Virus record (IMG/VR): IMGVR_UViG_3300036770_007327
Coordinates: 1,653-65,652 of that record
DNA from: a virus
Taxonomy: Duplodnaviria > Caudoviricetes
Length of the DNA: 64,000 bases
Reading direction: 5' to 3' (one strand)
Position 1 is the first letter of the stretch, and every line of letters starts with the position of its first letter. This document shows, piece after piece, positions 7,973 to 16,290 of this stretch. A program made the position numbers and the translations under genes. The notes beneath the pieces were generated by a model, which saw only the letters and a list, made by a program, of their open reading frames with translations, was not told where the DNA came from and ran no database searches.

Positions 7973-9238
7973 ATGGATAGACGTAATTTTATACAAGTTG
8001 GTGGGTTAGGGGCTTTCGGTCTCACCTTCAGCGATATTTTAAGAGCACAATCATCGTATGATGGACCTGCTCCAAAAATAAAATCGGTAATCAATATATT
8101 CTTACCAGGGGGTATGTCAGTTCAAGAATCATGGGACCCTAAACCGAACGCACCGGTAGAATATAAAGGGCCCTATAATGCTATAGATACCTCTGTACCT
8201 GGCATTCAACTTTCAGAACTATTTCCTAATGTTGCGAGAATTATGGATAAGGCTACAATTATTAGGTCTATGACTCACGGGGAAGCAGCCCATGAGAGAG
8301 GCACTCATAATATGTTTACAGGGTGGAAACCTTCCCCCGCGCTCAAATATCCCGCTCTCGGCTCTATTGTATCGCACGAACTTGGTATACGAAATAATTT
8401 ACCCGCTTATATTTCTATACCCAATCAAGCAAATGAGTTTGATACTACAGGGTTTATCTCGTCCAAGCATGGAACATTTAGTCTTGGATCTGATCCTGCT
8501 GATCCTAATTTCAAAGTTAGAGATTTAACTTTGCCGGATAATATAACTATTGAGAGATTTGATAGGAGAAAAAATATACTCGAAACTGTAGATAACAAAT
8601 TTAAGAGTATTGCCGCGTCTGATAATGTATCAGCAATTGATGAGTTTTATCAAAGAGCATATAGTCTCATATCATCAAAAACTGCTATTGAGGCTTTTGA
8701 TATTTCAAAAGAAGATGCTAAAGTTAGAGAAAATTATGGAAATAACCAGGCTGGTCAGAGATTGTTAATGGCGCGGCGGCTTGTAGAAGCAGGTACTCGC
8801 TATATTACAGTCACTTACGGTGGTTGGGATCATCATGACGGCATTCAAGGTGCTATGAAATCAAATGCGCCTGCGCTTGATAAAGCCCTGAGTCAACTTA
8901 TTGTTGATTTAGAGGAAAGAGGAATGTTAAATGAAACTCTTGTTTTAGTTACTTCCGAGTTTGGCAGAACCCCTAAGATAAATAATACGGCAGGTAGAGA
9001 TCACTGGCCGAGAGTGTTTAGCACATTCGTAGCAGGCGGGCCTGTAAAGCGTGGATTTGTATATGGAGCGTCAGACTCTCTTGGAGGAGAAGTTGAGGAT
9101 ACGCCAGTATCTCCTGGAGATATATCAGCAACTGTTTTTAACCTACTAGGTATAAATCCAGAGAAGACGCTCATGACTCCAGATCTTAGACCAATTATGA
9201 TTTCCCCCGGAAAAATCTTAACGGATATTTTCGGATAA
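7973..9238 (+). CDS. DUF1501-family protein with Tat signal
   Basis: MDRRNFIQ twin-Arg; GGMS...DPKP, ARRLVEAG, GGWDHH, SEFGRTP, GRDHWP. Confidence 0.92.
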   Translation: MDRRNFIQVGGLGAFGLTFSDILRAQSSYDGPAPKIKSVINIFLPGGMSVQESWDPKPNAPVEYKGPYNAIDTSVPGIQLSELFPNVARIMDKATIIRSMTHGEAAHERGTHNMFTGWKPSPALKYPALGSIVSHELGIRNNLPAYISIPNQANEFDTTGFISSKHGTFSLGSDPADPNFKVRDLTLPDNITIERFDRRKNILETVDNKFKSIAASDNVSAIDEFYQRAYSLISSKTAIEAFDISKEDAKVRENYGNNQAGQRLLMARRLVEAGTRYITVTYGGWDHHDGIQGAMKSNAPALDKALSQLIVDLEERGMLNETLVLVTSEFGRTPKINNTAGRDHWPRVFSTFVAGGPVKRGFVYGASDSLGGEVEDTPVSPGDISATVFNLLGINPEKTLMTPDLRPIMISPGKILTDIFG

Positions 9239-9246
9239 AAAAAAAC

Positions 9247-9741
9247 ATGAATAAAAAAACAACCCTAATAGTGATAGCAGCGCTTCTATTTGTTCAAAAT
9301 AGTCACGCTGATAATAGTAATTTTTTAACTCGGATAGTTAAAAAAATTGCAGAGGCTTCACAGCCGGCCAATATTAACGGTAACCTAAAAATATATACGG
9401 TAGCAAAAAAGCAAGTAGGCACTTATTATAGGCCTGGTGTAAAGGCGCAATGCGCCAATTTTGTTGGGCATGTTGTCTCAAAAGCCGGTATTGAAAAGCC
9501 TGCTTCTGCTAGCATGGCTCGGGCATGGCTCAAGTGGGGAAAACCGGTTAGTTGGTCCAATAAAAAGCCGGGCGATTTAATTATTACCTGGAGGGGCAGT
9601 CGGGGAGGCTCGTATGGCCATATTTTAATATACGCAGGAGACGAAAAAGCGATACATCGATCTACAAGTGGCAAACTTGTTTCATATGTAGATACGGATC
9701 GATATCAATCTAAAGTTCTTGGAGTGCGTCGAGCAGACTAA
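9247..9741 (+). CDS. Secreted CHAP/NlpC-P60 cysteine peptidase (putative endolysin)
   Basis: Signal peptide; QCANFV Cys, A..W..WG, PGD, GHI His. Confidence 0.8.
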   Translation: MNKKTTLIVIAALLFVQNSHADNSNFLTRIVKKIAEASQPANINGNLKIYTVAKKQVGTYYRPGVKAQCANFVGHVVSKAGIEKPASASMARAWLKWGKPVSWSNKKPGDLIITWRGSRGGSYGHILIYAGDEKAIHRSTSGKLVSYVDTDRYQSKVLGVRRAD

Positions 9742-9763
9742 AATTAACATTAACAAAAAAATT

Positions 9764-9798
9764 AAACCCTTTCTTCTTTCGAAGGAAGGGTTTTTTTT
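9764..9798 (+). terminator. Intrinsic terminator
   Basis: AAACCCTTTCTTC/GAAGGAAGGGTTT stem followed by T run. Confidence 0.85.
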
Positions 9799-9825
9799 GT
9801 GTAAATTGCTTAAATAATAATTAGG

Positions 9826-11631
9826 ATGAAGGCAAAAATTATTATCTTGTTTGTCGGTCTTTTAGCACTAATGTCAAGTGCTCAAGAATATGCGGAAATT
9901 AACAATAGATTAAACCAAATCTATAAAGAAAAAAATATCCAACCCGGAGGTAGAATATCCGATGAAAAATATATTCGTCGAGCCTATCTACAAATAGCGG
10001 GGAGAATCCCAACTATAAATGAATATAATGAATTCATTTTAAACACAGACCCAAACAAGCGACACAAACTGGTTGATAAATTGATTGCCAGTGAAGATTA
10101 TGTTTCTCATTGGTTTAATTATTGGGCAGATATCCTTAGAACAGAAGACAGATTTAATGTTAACTATATGGTTGGTGAGCCTTATATTGATTGGATTAAA
10201 TCTTCAATAAAAGAAAACAAGCCGTATGATACTTTTGTAAAGGAAATTATCACCGCTACTGGAACTGTTTATGAGTCTCCCGCGACGGGGTATTTTTGGA
10301 AAGATAGAGGAATGCCTCTTGATAATTTAGCAGGTACCTCTGAAATATTTTTTGGAACAAATATAAGTTGCGCTCAGTGCCATGATGATCCATTTAATGA
10401 TTGGACCCAAATGGATTATTATAGATTTGCTGCCTTTTTTGTTCAAACTCAGGAAGCGGCAGGCACAAAAGAAGAGAAAGAAAATATTAATAAACTTCGA
10501 GACTATGTAATAGAAACTCGAAAAAAATATGAGAGTGAATCTGCCAGTGAGTCTCCTTCTGTAGAGCCAGATGAGTTGACTAAAAAGATTATTGCTCGGG
10601 GAACGGAAAACAATATAACTCAAATATTACGCGCATCTAATATAGCGATAGAAGTTAATAAAGATCGCAAAATGAAGTTGCCTCATGATTATAAATATGA
10701 AGATGGCGAACCTAATCAAAGTGTTACGCCGGCCTTCTTATTCGGCAGCAAAGACGTGAAGACTCCTGAAGATTATCGCAAAGATTTTGCTGATTGGGCC
10801 GTATCAAAAGATAACCCCTATTTTACAAGGAATATTGTAAACAGGTATTGGAACGCTGTATTCGGAGTCCCTATAATAACCCCTATCGAAGAGATATCTA
10901 CAACAACAAATATTCAAGATGAAAAACTAATATCTCTTTTAGAAAAAATATTTAAAGAGCAAAATTATGATACTAAAAAGTTTTTGGCTACTCTTTATAA
11001 AACAAATCTATTTGAAAGATTTAGTTATGTTGAGGAAAGTTTAGATAAGTATAATTTTCAAGGGCCCTTGCTACGAAGGCTCTCTGCGGAACAGGTTTGG
11101 GACTCCTTACTTACCTTATCTGTGGATAATGTAAACTATTTTAAATCTACATATTCGGCAGAATATAATACTCTAATGAATGTAGACGCATCTAAAATAA
11201 CTATAGAAGACTCTATTAAAATGGTAGATACCTATAATAAAATACGCAGCGCAAAATATGAGACGGCCCAAAAATCAAATGGGCTTGTTCTTATTAGAGC
11301 ATCTGAAATAACTATACCAAACGCAACAACAAATATATTGAGAGAATTAGGGCAATCAGAAAGATTACTTATACAAGACTCTACCAGAGAAGGGTCAGTA
11401 ACTCAATCTATAATGTTTATGAACGGGCCCATTTCAAGTATAACAACCGATAAGAATTCTGCTCTAATGAAGAGTATACAAGGCAAAGAGGCTAAAGATG
11501 TAGTAGATATTGTGTTTAAATCCATCCTACAGAGATTGCCATCTATACAAGAGAGAGATTTATTCTTACAGTATCCTAAAGAGGATTTAATATGGGCTTT
11601 AACCAACTCACACGAATTTAAATTTAACTAA
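9826..11631 (+). CDS. DUF1549/DUF1553 (PSCyt2/PSD1) protein with CxxCH motif
   Basis: Signal peptide; RRAYL...GRIPT, W...WAD, CAQCHD, IVNRYW, RRLSAEQVWDS, WAL.NS.EF. Confidence 0.92.
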   Translation: MKAKIIILFVGLLALMSSAQEYAEINNRLNQIYKEKNIQPGGRISDEKYIRRAYLQIAGRIPTINEYNEFILNTDPNKRHKLVDKLIASEDYVSHWFNYWADILRTEDRFNVNYMVGEPYIDWIKSSIKENKPYDTFVKEIITATGTVYESPATGYFWKDRGMPLDNLAGTSEIFFGTNISCAQCHDDPFNDWTQMDYYRFAAFFVQTQEAAGTKEEKENINKLRDYVIETRKKYESESASESPSVEPDELTKKIIARGTENNITQILRASNIAIEVNKDRKMKLPHDYKYEDGEPNQSVTPAFLFGSKDVKTPEDYRKDFADWAVSKDNPYFTRNIVNRYWNAVFGVPIITPIEEISTTTNIQDEKLISLLEKIFKEQNYDTKKFLATLYKTNLFERFSYVEESLDKYNFQGPLLRRLSAEQVWDSLLTLSVDNVNYFKSTYSAEYNTLMNVDASKITIEDSIKMVDTYNKIRSAKYETAQKSNGLVLIRASEITIPNATTNILRELGQSERLLIQDSTREGSVTQSIMFMNGPISSITTDKNSALMKSIQGKEAKDVVDIVFKSILQRLPSIQERDLFLQYPKEDLIWALTNSHEFKFN

Positions 11632-11635
11632 TATT

Positions 11636-12886
11636 ATGAAAGCGCAAAATAGACGACAATTCATATCAAATATAGCAAAAGCAGGCCTAGGGGTTTCTGC
11701 TCTGTCCTATATACCTAAATCATTTGCTTCCCAAAATACAGGTAAGGCAAAACATATTATATATATCTATATGGAGGGTGGAATGTCTCATCTTGATACA
11801 TTCGATCCAAAAGAGCATCCCGAGACAAAAGGTAAGTTTAGTAAAATATCTACTTCTGCCGACGGTGTGTATATTTCTGAACACTTAAAAGGTATAGCGA
11901 AACATATGGATAAAGCCGCTATTGTGCGGTCTATGGCAGTTACGACTGGAGACCACGCAGGGGCTCAATATAACGTTAGAACATCTTATAAGCAAATAGG
12001 CACTATAATCCACCCCGCTCTAGGCGCTTGGATGGCTAAATTTAACAAACAAGACACGACCTTACCAAGCAATGTTCTAATATCTGGGCCTGCTAAACAC
12101 CCCGGCTCGGGTTGGATGCCTAAAATTTATTCCCCCATACCGGTTATTGATCCATCTAAAGGTCTTCAATACTCTGATATTAAAGATATAGAAATGTTTA
12201 AATCGAGATGGGAGATACTAAACAAACTCAATAAGAACATTAATGAGAATGCTAAATCCCCTGAAGTAAGAGCATATGTTGAGTTCTATGATGAAACAAT
12301 AAAACTTCTACAAAGCAAAGAACTTGAATCGTTTGATATTAGCAAGGAAGATAAAACCTTACGCGAGACAAAGTATGGTAATAATCGCTTCGGTCAGGGC
12401 CTCTTGCTAGCGAGAAGACTAGTAGAAAATGGAGTTTCTTTTGTAGAGGTCAAATCTGGAGGCTGGGATACTCACGTTAATAACTTTGATGCCTTAGAAA
12501 CATCCTTGCCTCAGCACGACCAATCAATAACCGCTCTTATAGAGGATTTACAAGAGAGGGGATTGCTCGAATCTACTCTAATTGTTGTAGCAACAGAGTT
12601 TGGTAGAACCCCTATTATAAATGTTAATGATGGAAGAGACCACTGGCCTGGTGCTTTTTCTTGCGCTCTAATAGGAGCGGGCGTTAAGGGAGGAACAGTC
12701 TTTGGTAGCACTGACGAAAAAGGCGCTATTGTCGCTGAGGGTAGTAGAAAGATAGACCCTAAAGACTTTAACGCTACTATTGCTAAGATTGCCGGGCTAC
12801 CACTTGAGGAGGAATTCTTCTCACCGAACGGCAGGCCGTTTAAAATAGCCAGTGATGGTAAGCCTATAGATGAAGTAATTGGATAA
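11636..12886 (+). CDS. Second DUF1501-family protein with Tat signal
   Basis: NRRQFI; GGMSHLDTFDPK, GGWDTH, TEFGRTP, GRDHWP. Confidence 0.92.
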   Translation: MKAQNRRQFISNIAKAGLGVSALSYIPKSFASQNTGKAKHIIYIYMEGGMSHLDTFDPKEHPETKGKFSKISTSADGVYISEHLKGIAKHMDKAAIVRSMAVTTGDHAGAQYNVRTSYKQIGTIIHPALGAWMAKFNKQDTTLPSNVLISGPAKHPGSGWMPKIYSPIPVIDPSKGLQYSDIKDIEMFKSRWEILNKLNKNINENAKSPEVRAYVEFYDETIKLLQSKELESFDISKEDKTLRETKYGNNRFGQGLLLARRLVENGVSFVEVKSGGWDTHVNNFDALETSLPQHDQSITALIEDLQERGLLESTLIVVATEFGRTPIINVNDGRDHWPGAFSCALIGAGVKGGTVFGSTDEKGAIVAEGSRKIDPKDFNATIAKIAGLPLEEEFFSPNGRPFKIASDGKPIDEVIG

Positions 12887-12915
12887 AAAAAGGGCCCCTT
12901 AAGGGGCCCTTTTTT
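12885..12915. terminator. Bidirectional terminator
   Basis: AAAAAAGGGCCCCTTAAGGGGCCCTTTTTT palindrome between convergent genes. Confidence 0.9.
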
Positions 12916-13169
12916 CAAGGCACTCTGTTAACTGTTCTCCAGTCCTTTACTTTTTCGAGATATCTAGTTTGTTGGATAGACTTTTTTATAAGTTCATCAG
13001 AAACTATATAGTTATTTTCCCCATCAGGCAAATTCGTGCTCTCTATTACGGGCAATCTAGTATATGCTTCCCATTTAGGCTCAATAGGAAAAATACTATA
13101 TTTTATGCTCGGGTTAGATGTTTTACATCCTACCGTTAGGAAGGCTAAAGATAATAAAAGGTATTTCAT
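12915..13169 (-). CDS. Small lipoprotein, possible o-spanin
   Basis: Lipobox LTVGC; Pro-containing periplasmic part. Confidence 0.6.
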   Translation of the reverse strand: MKYLLLSLAFLTVGCKTSNPSIKYSIFPIEPKWEAYTRLPVIESTNLPDGENNYIVSDELIKKSIQQTRYLEKVKDWRTVNRVP

Positions 13170-13175
13170 TTTCGC

Positions 13176-13457
13176 TTAGTATTTTTTTTTGGTGGTAATT
13201 TTTTTAGGTTGATTCTTCTCTACATTAGCCTTTTTACGGCCTCTCTTTTTTGGAGCATTAGAAGCAGTATAACCTAATTCCTTATTCAGCTCCTCTATAT
13301 TTTTTTCTTTTAACTTTATATCAGTAGCATTATCTTCTACTTCGTTAGTTGTTTGCTGCTCCTTTACTTCGTTAATTGTCAATCGTTCTTTCATAGTACC
13401 ATATATCTCGCTTAGAAGACTAACAACTTTTTCTATTATAACAATAATACTTTTCAT
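13176..13457 (-). CDS. Hypothetical coiled-coil protein, possible spanin partner
   Basis: Upstream of the lipoprotein; TATAAATA at 13465-13472 (minus). Confidence 0.55.
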   Translation of the reverse strand: MKSIIVIIEKVVSLLSEIYGTMKERLTINEVKEQQTTNEVEDNATDIKLKEKNIEELNKELGYTASNAPKKRGRKKANVEKNQPKKITTKKKY

Positions 13458-13514
13458 ATGATTTTATTTATATGTATAGTTGTAAAAGTAAAATGAAAAT
13501 ATAAATAAAATTAT

Positions 13515-13742
13515 ATGAGAATACTTAATAATGATACTGTTGTTTTATGTTGTGGTGGTAATAAGAAATGCCCGGTTGTGGAGCAACAAACGAATGGAAT
13601 GGTAAAGATTACCGATGACTACGGTCATTCCATTCTTGTTAAAAAAGAAGAACTCGAAATGGTGCCTGACGCTTTAAAGCATTTCGATTCTAAAAAGCCC
13701 TTACAGGAAGCAACTAATACTGAGCAATTGATTTTAGGATGA
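13515..13742 (+). CDS. Hypothetical protein
   Basis: CC....CP motif; TATAAATA at 13500-13507. Confidence 0.7.
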   Translation: MRILNNDTVVLCCGGNKKCPVVEQQTNGMVKITDDYGHSILVKKEELEMVPDALKHFDSKKPLQEATNTEQLILG

Positions 13743-14038
13743 TTGGCATTTCTATAGCTAGTTGCGTCGGGCTTACTTTAATATTAAAATACGGCAAGCC
13801 TACCAAGCCTATTAGAGATTTTTTCAAAACCAAGGTAGAGGGGCTATTTGAATGCTCTCTCTGCCTTGGTTTTTGGTCTGGCATAATACATTGTATTCTG
13901 CTATCTATTATAGCGCCATCAATATGGCTCTTAATGCTACCATTCGCATCCGCAGCCTTATCATGGCTTACAGATACTATTATATTATGTGTAGAAATGG
14001 TAGAGATTTATTTAAAGGAAAAACTTAAATCTCCTTAA
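13739..14038 (+). CDS. Membrane protein (DUF1360-like)
   Basis: Multiple TMs and CSLCLGFW motif. Confidence 0.65.
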   Translation: MIGISIASCVGLTLILKYGKPTKPIRDFFKTKVEGLFECSLCLGFWSGIIHCILLSIIAPSIWLLMLPFASAALSWLTDTIILCVEMVEIYLKEKLKSP

Positions 14039-14369
14039 GAACTCTAGATAATTTAGATATGGGGATCTTAATCACTGCCCCTACTCGCTTATCCTTTAAG
14101 TAGGCGACTTCATCTACAACTTTCATAAGGCTAAAAACATTGCCTTGATCGTCCCTGTATTTGAATTTAGATTCACCCTCCTCCTGCTCTGGAGTCAATC
14201 TATCAGGCTTTGCTGGCCCGGTAATTCCGCGCCATGTGCCAGAAGTTGATAAATGAGGGGAATAATTAGGGTGTTGAACATTGGCTAAATTTGCACTAGG
14301 CTGCGTTGTTTCGATATTTCTAAAATTTTCATAAAGTTGATATATTTCTTCTTGATCCTTTGTATTCAT
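14025..14369 (-). CDS. Hypothetical protein (start moved to MNTKDQ)
   Basis: TATAAATA at 14381-14388 (minus); avoids overlap with the lipoprotein. Confidence 0.6.
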   Translation of the reverse strand: MNTKDQEEIYQLYENFRNIETTQPSANLANVQHPNYSPHLSTSGTWRGITGPAKPDRLTPEQEEGESKFKYRDDQGNVFSLMKVVDEVAYLKDKRVGAVIKIPISKLSRVLKEI

Positions 14370-14387
14370 GTTATATATTATATTTAT

Positions 14388-14906
14388 ATGAAACAAAAAA
14401 ATAAGTTCATTGTTGGGGCGATTATCGGAAGTATTCTTCCTTTTCTCGCTGTGTCGTGTAAAACTACCGGGGTGTTGTCTGATGAGACTAAGGTGGAGTC
14501 TATTGCTGGAGTTCTTAAGGCTGGAACGCAAATTAGTGTTTCCGCTGTAGTTGCTTCTAGACCTGAAACTCGAAAATATTTCGAGGCTGCCGCGGTTGCT
14601 ATTGATGTAGCCTTGGGAGGCAAAGATCTTACTCCCGAAACGGTTGCGAGTATCATTAAGAGTAATGTAGCGGCTCTTGATAATTTCGGTCAATATGGCG
14701 GCCTAGTTGAAGGAGGTATTAGCCTCGCTCTCGGCGCCTATAAGACGTTCTATCAAGTTAATATTGAAAAGTCTATTCAGCCATATCTCGTAACCCTGCT
14801 TAAAGGCATTCAAGGGGGTATTCGTGTGGGTGTTGATTCTAGCGGTCCAGCGCCGCAAGGAACCAATCCTATTACTACTCTAACCAAGGAAGCCCTTACC
14901 CTGTAA
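14388..14906 (+). CDS. Lipoprotein
   Basis: Basic N-terminus, hydrophobic core, LAVSC lipobox; followed by terminator. Confidence 0.8.
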   Translation: MKQKNKFIVGAIIGSILPFLAVSCKTTGVLSDETKVESIAGVLKAGTQISVSAVVASRPETRKYFEAAAVAIDVALGGKDLTPETVASIIKSNVAALDNFGQYGGLVEGGISLALGAYKTFYQVNIEKSIQPYLVTLLKGIQGGIRVGVDSSGPAPQGTNPITTLTKEALTL

Positions 14907-14921
14907 TCAATTCAACCTTAT

Positions 14922-14959
14922 GCCCCGTGGGAAATTAAATTTCCCACGGGGCTTTTTTT
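14922..14959 (+). terminator. Intrinsic terminator
   Basis: GCCCCGTGGGAAAT/ATTTCCCACGGGGC stem plus T7. Confidence 0.9.
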
Positions 14960-14964
14960 ATTTT

Positions 14965-15399
14965 ATGTATACGGTAAATCTAAGTTGGCAGGAGATTGAA
15001 GATGGCTGCGATCATATCGCTGACTATTTTTTAAATAAAAATATTTCAACTGTTGTAGGTATTGCTCGGGGAGGTATTATTCCCGCATCTATTATTGCTC
15101 GAAGACTTAAAGCAAACTTTATAGCAATAAGCGCAAAATCTTATAATGAACAAAATGTGAGAGAAACTTTACAGATACAGACTGTTAGTTCTATTGAAGA
15201 TTTAGATAATGTTTTATTTGTAGATGATATTTGCGACTCTGGGCACACCCTAAAAGAGATTAAAAAAATATACAGCCATATTCCTAATTTATATACAGCC
15301 GCTATTGTATATAAACAGAACGATAATGTAATCCCGGATCGTTATTACATGCCCGTGTTTAATGATAACTGGATAGTCTTTCCTTGGGAGAAGGACTAA
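14965..15399 (+). CDS. Type I purine phosphoribosyltransferase (Gpt-like)
   Basis: LSW, GIARGG, LFVDDICDSGHT PRPP loop, WIVFPWE. Confidence 0.92.
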   Translation: MYTVNLSWQEIEDGCDHIADYFLNKNISTVVGIARGGIIPASIIARRLKANFIAISAKSYNEQNVRETLQIQTVSSIEDLDNVLFVDDICDSGHTLKEIKKIYSHIPNLYTAAIVYKQNDNVIPDRYYMPVFNDNWIVFPWEKD

Positions 15400-15408
15400 A
15401 TATAATTA

Positions 15409-15807
15409 ATGATATCATTCAAACGTTTCTGCGAAGAGTTTATACACTACGATTCTCAAGTAGCGAGAACAGGGGGCGGTCCTAGCGTATCTAATGCTGC
15501 TAGCACTGGTATCTTGAGAAAGCCTAGCCAGGTATCAACCCCGATTGTAGGAGATACTACATCATTTTCCGGCAATAACGTTTATCTTGTTAAAAATGCT
15601 AAGATACCTTTTGAATTAAAACTAAAGGAAAAGGATGGTATGTATAGCATTATAATACGAACCAAGGGAGACGATAAGTTTATACCTCTAGCCAGAACCG
15701 AATTTAGTAAACAAACAGAGTGCGATTTCGATGATAGAGAAGAAGCAGTACGAGCAGTAAGAGAATTAATTTTTAGAATTTCTCAAGTTGAAACTCCCCA
15801 AGCCTAG
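15409..15807 (+). CDS. Hypothetical, putative internal head protein
   Basis: MISFKRFCEE start; TAAATA upstream. Confidence 0.7.
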   Translation: MISFKRFCEEFIHYDSQVARTGGGPSVSNAASTGILRKPSQVSTPIVGDTTSFSGNNVYLVKNAKIPFELKLKEKDGMYSIIIRTKGDDKFIPLARTEFSKQTECDFDDREEAVRAVRELIFRISQVETPQA

Positions 15808-15820
15808 ATTATATTGATAT

Positions 15821-16174
15821 ATGCCAAGATTAACTTGTAATATTACTGGTCATTCCTATTACGCTACAAATGGTCAAATAGAATCAAAAGCAAAGGCTGT
15901 TGAATTGCCGGTAGAAGAGTTTCTCGATATTTATGTAAGTAAAAAGGCTGCTTCCCTTCTTCAAAAGGGTCATACAATACAAGACATTAGACATCTTGTA
16001 GAGTGCGCTGAAGATATTCCAGAACTAAACGATTCCAGAATAGAAAAGATAACTTCTATTTATGTTCAATCTAACGTTAGACGAGTGCTTTCTAACTTTA
16101 CTACAATCTCCTCTCTAGCCATCGACGAGAGCGACTCTTCAGTTTCAAAGTATATTGCTTTCCTAAAAAAATAA
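15821..16174 (+). CDS. Hypothetical protein
   Basis: ORF with TTGAAA-N16-TATATT promoter. Confidence 0.7.
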   Translation: MPRLTCNITGHSYYATNGQIESKAKAVELPVEEFLDIYVSKKAASLLQKGHTIQDIRHLVECAEDIPELNDSRIEKITSIYVQSNVRRVLSNFTTISSLAIDESDSSVSKYIAFLKK

Positions 16175-16290
16175 TAAAAAAACCTTTTTAAGCGGTTATT
16201 TTAACATAATGGGTTTCAATAAGTTATCCATTATGTTTTTTATTTTTAACCTTTCATTACCCTACCATACTTTATAAATAGAAATACTAT

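Noticed and set aside
14920-14964. N-terminal extensions in the ORF track (14920, 14337, 14693, 26306, 29954, 35521, 62202)
   Set aside because: They run through terminators, promoters or neighbouring genes; downstream ATGs fit the promoter geometry better
16203-16237. AACATAATGG/CCATTATGTT hairpin before nrdA as a riboswitch or ncRNA
   Set aside because: Simple AT-rich stem with a T tail, more simply a weak terminator; no aptamer features recognised
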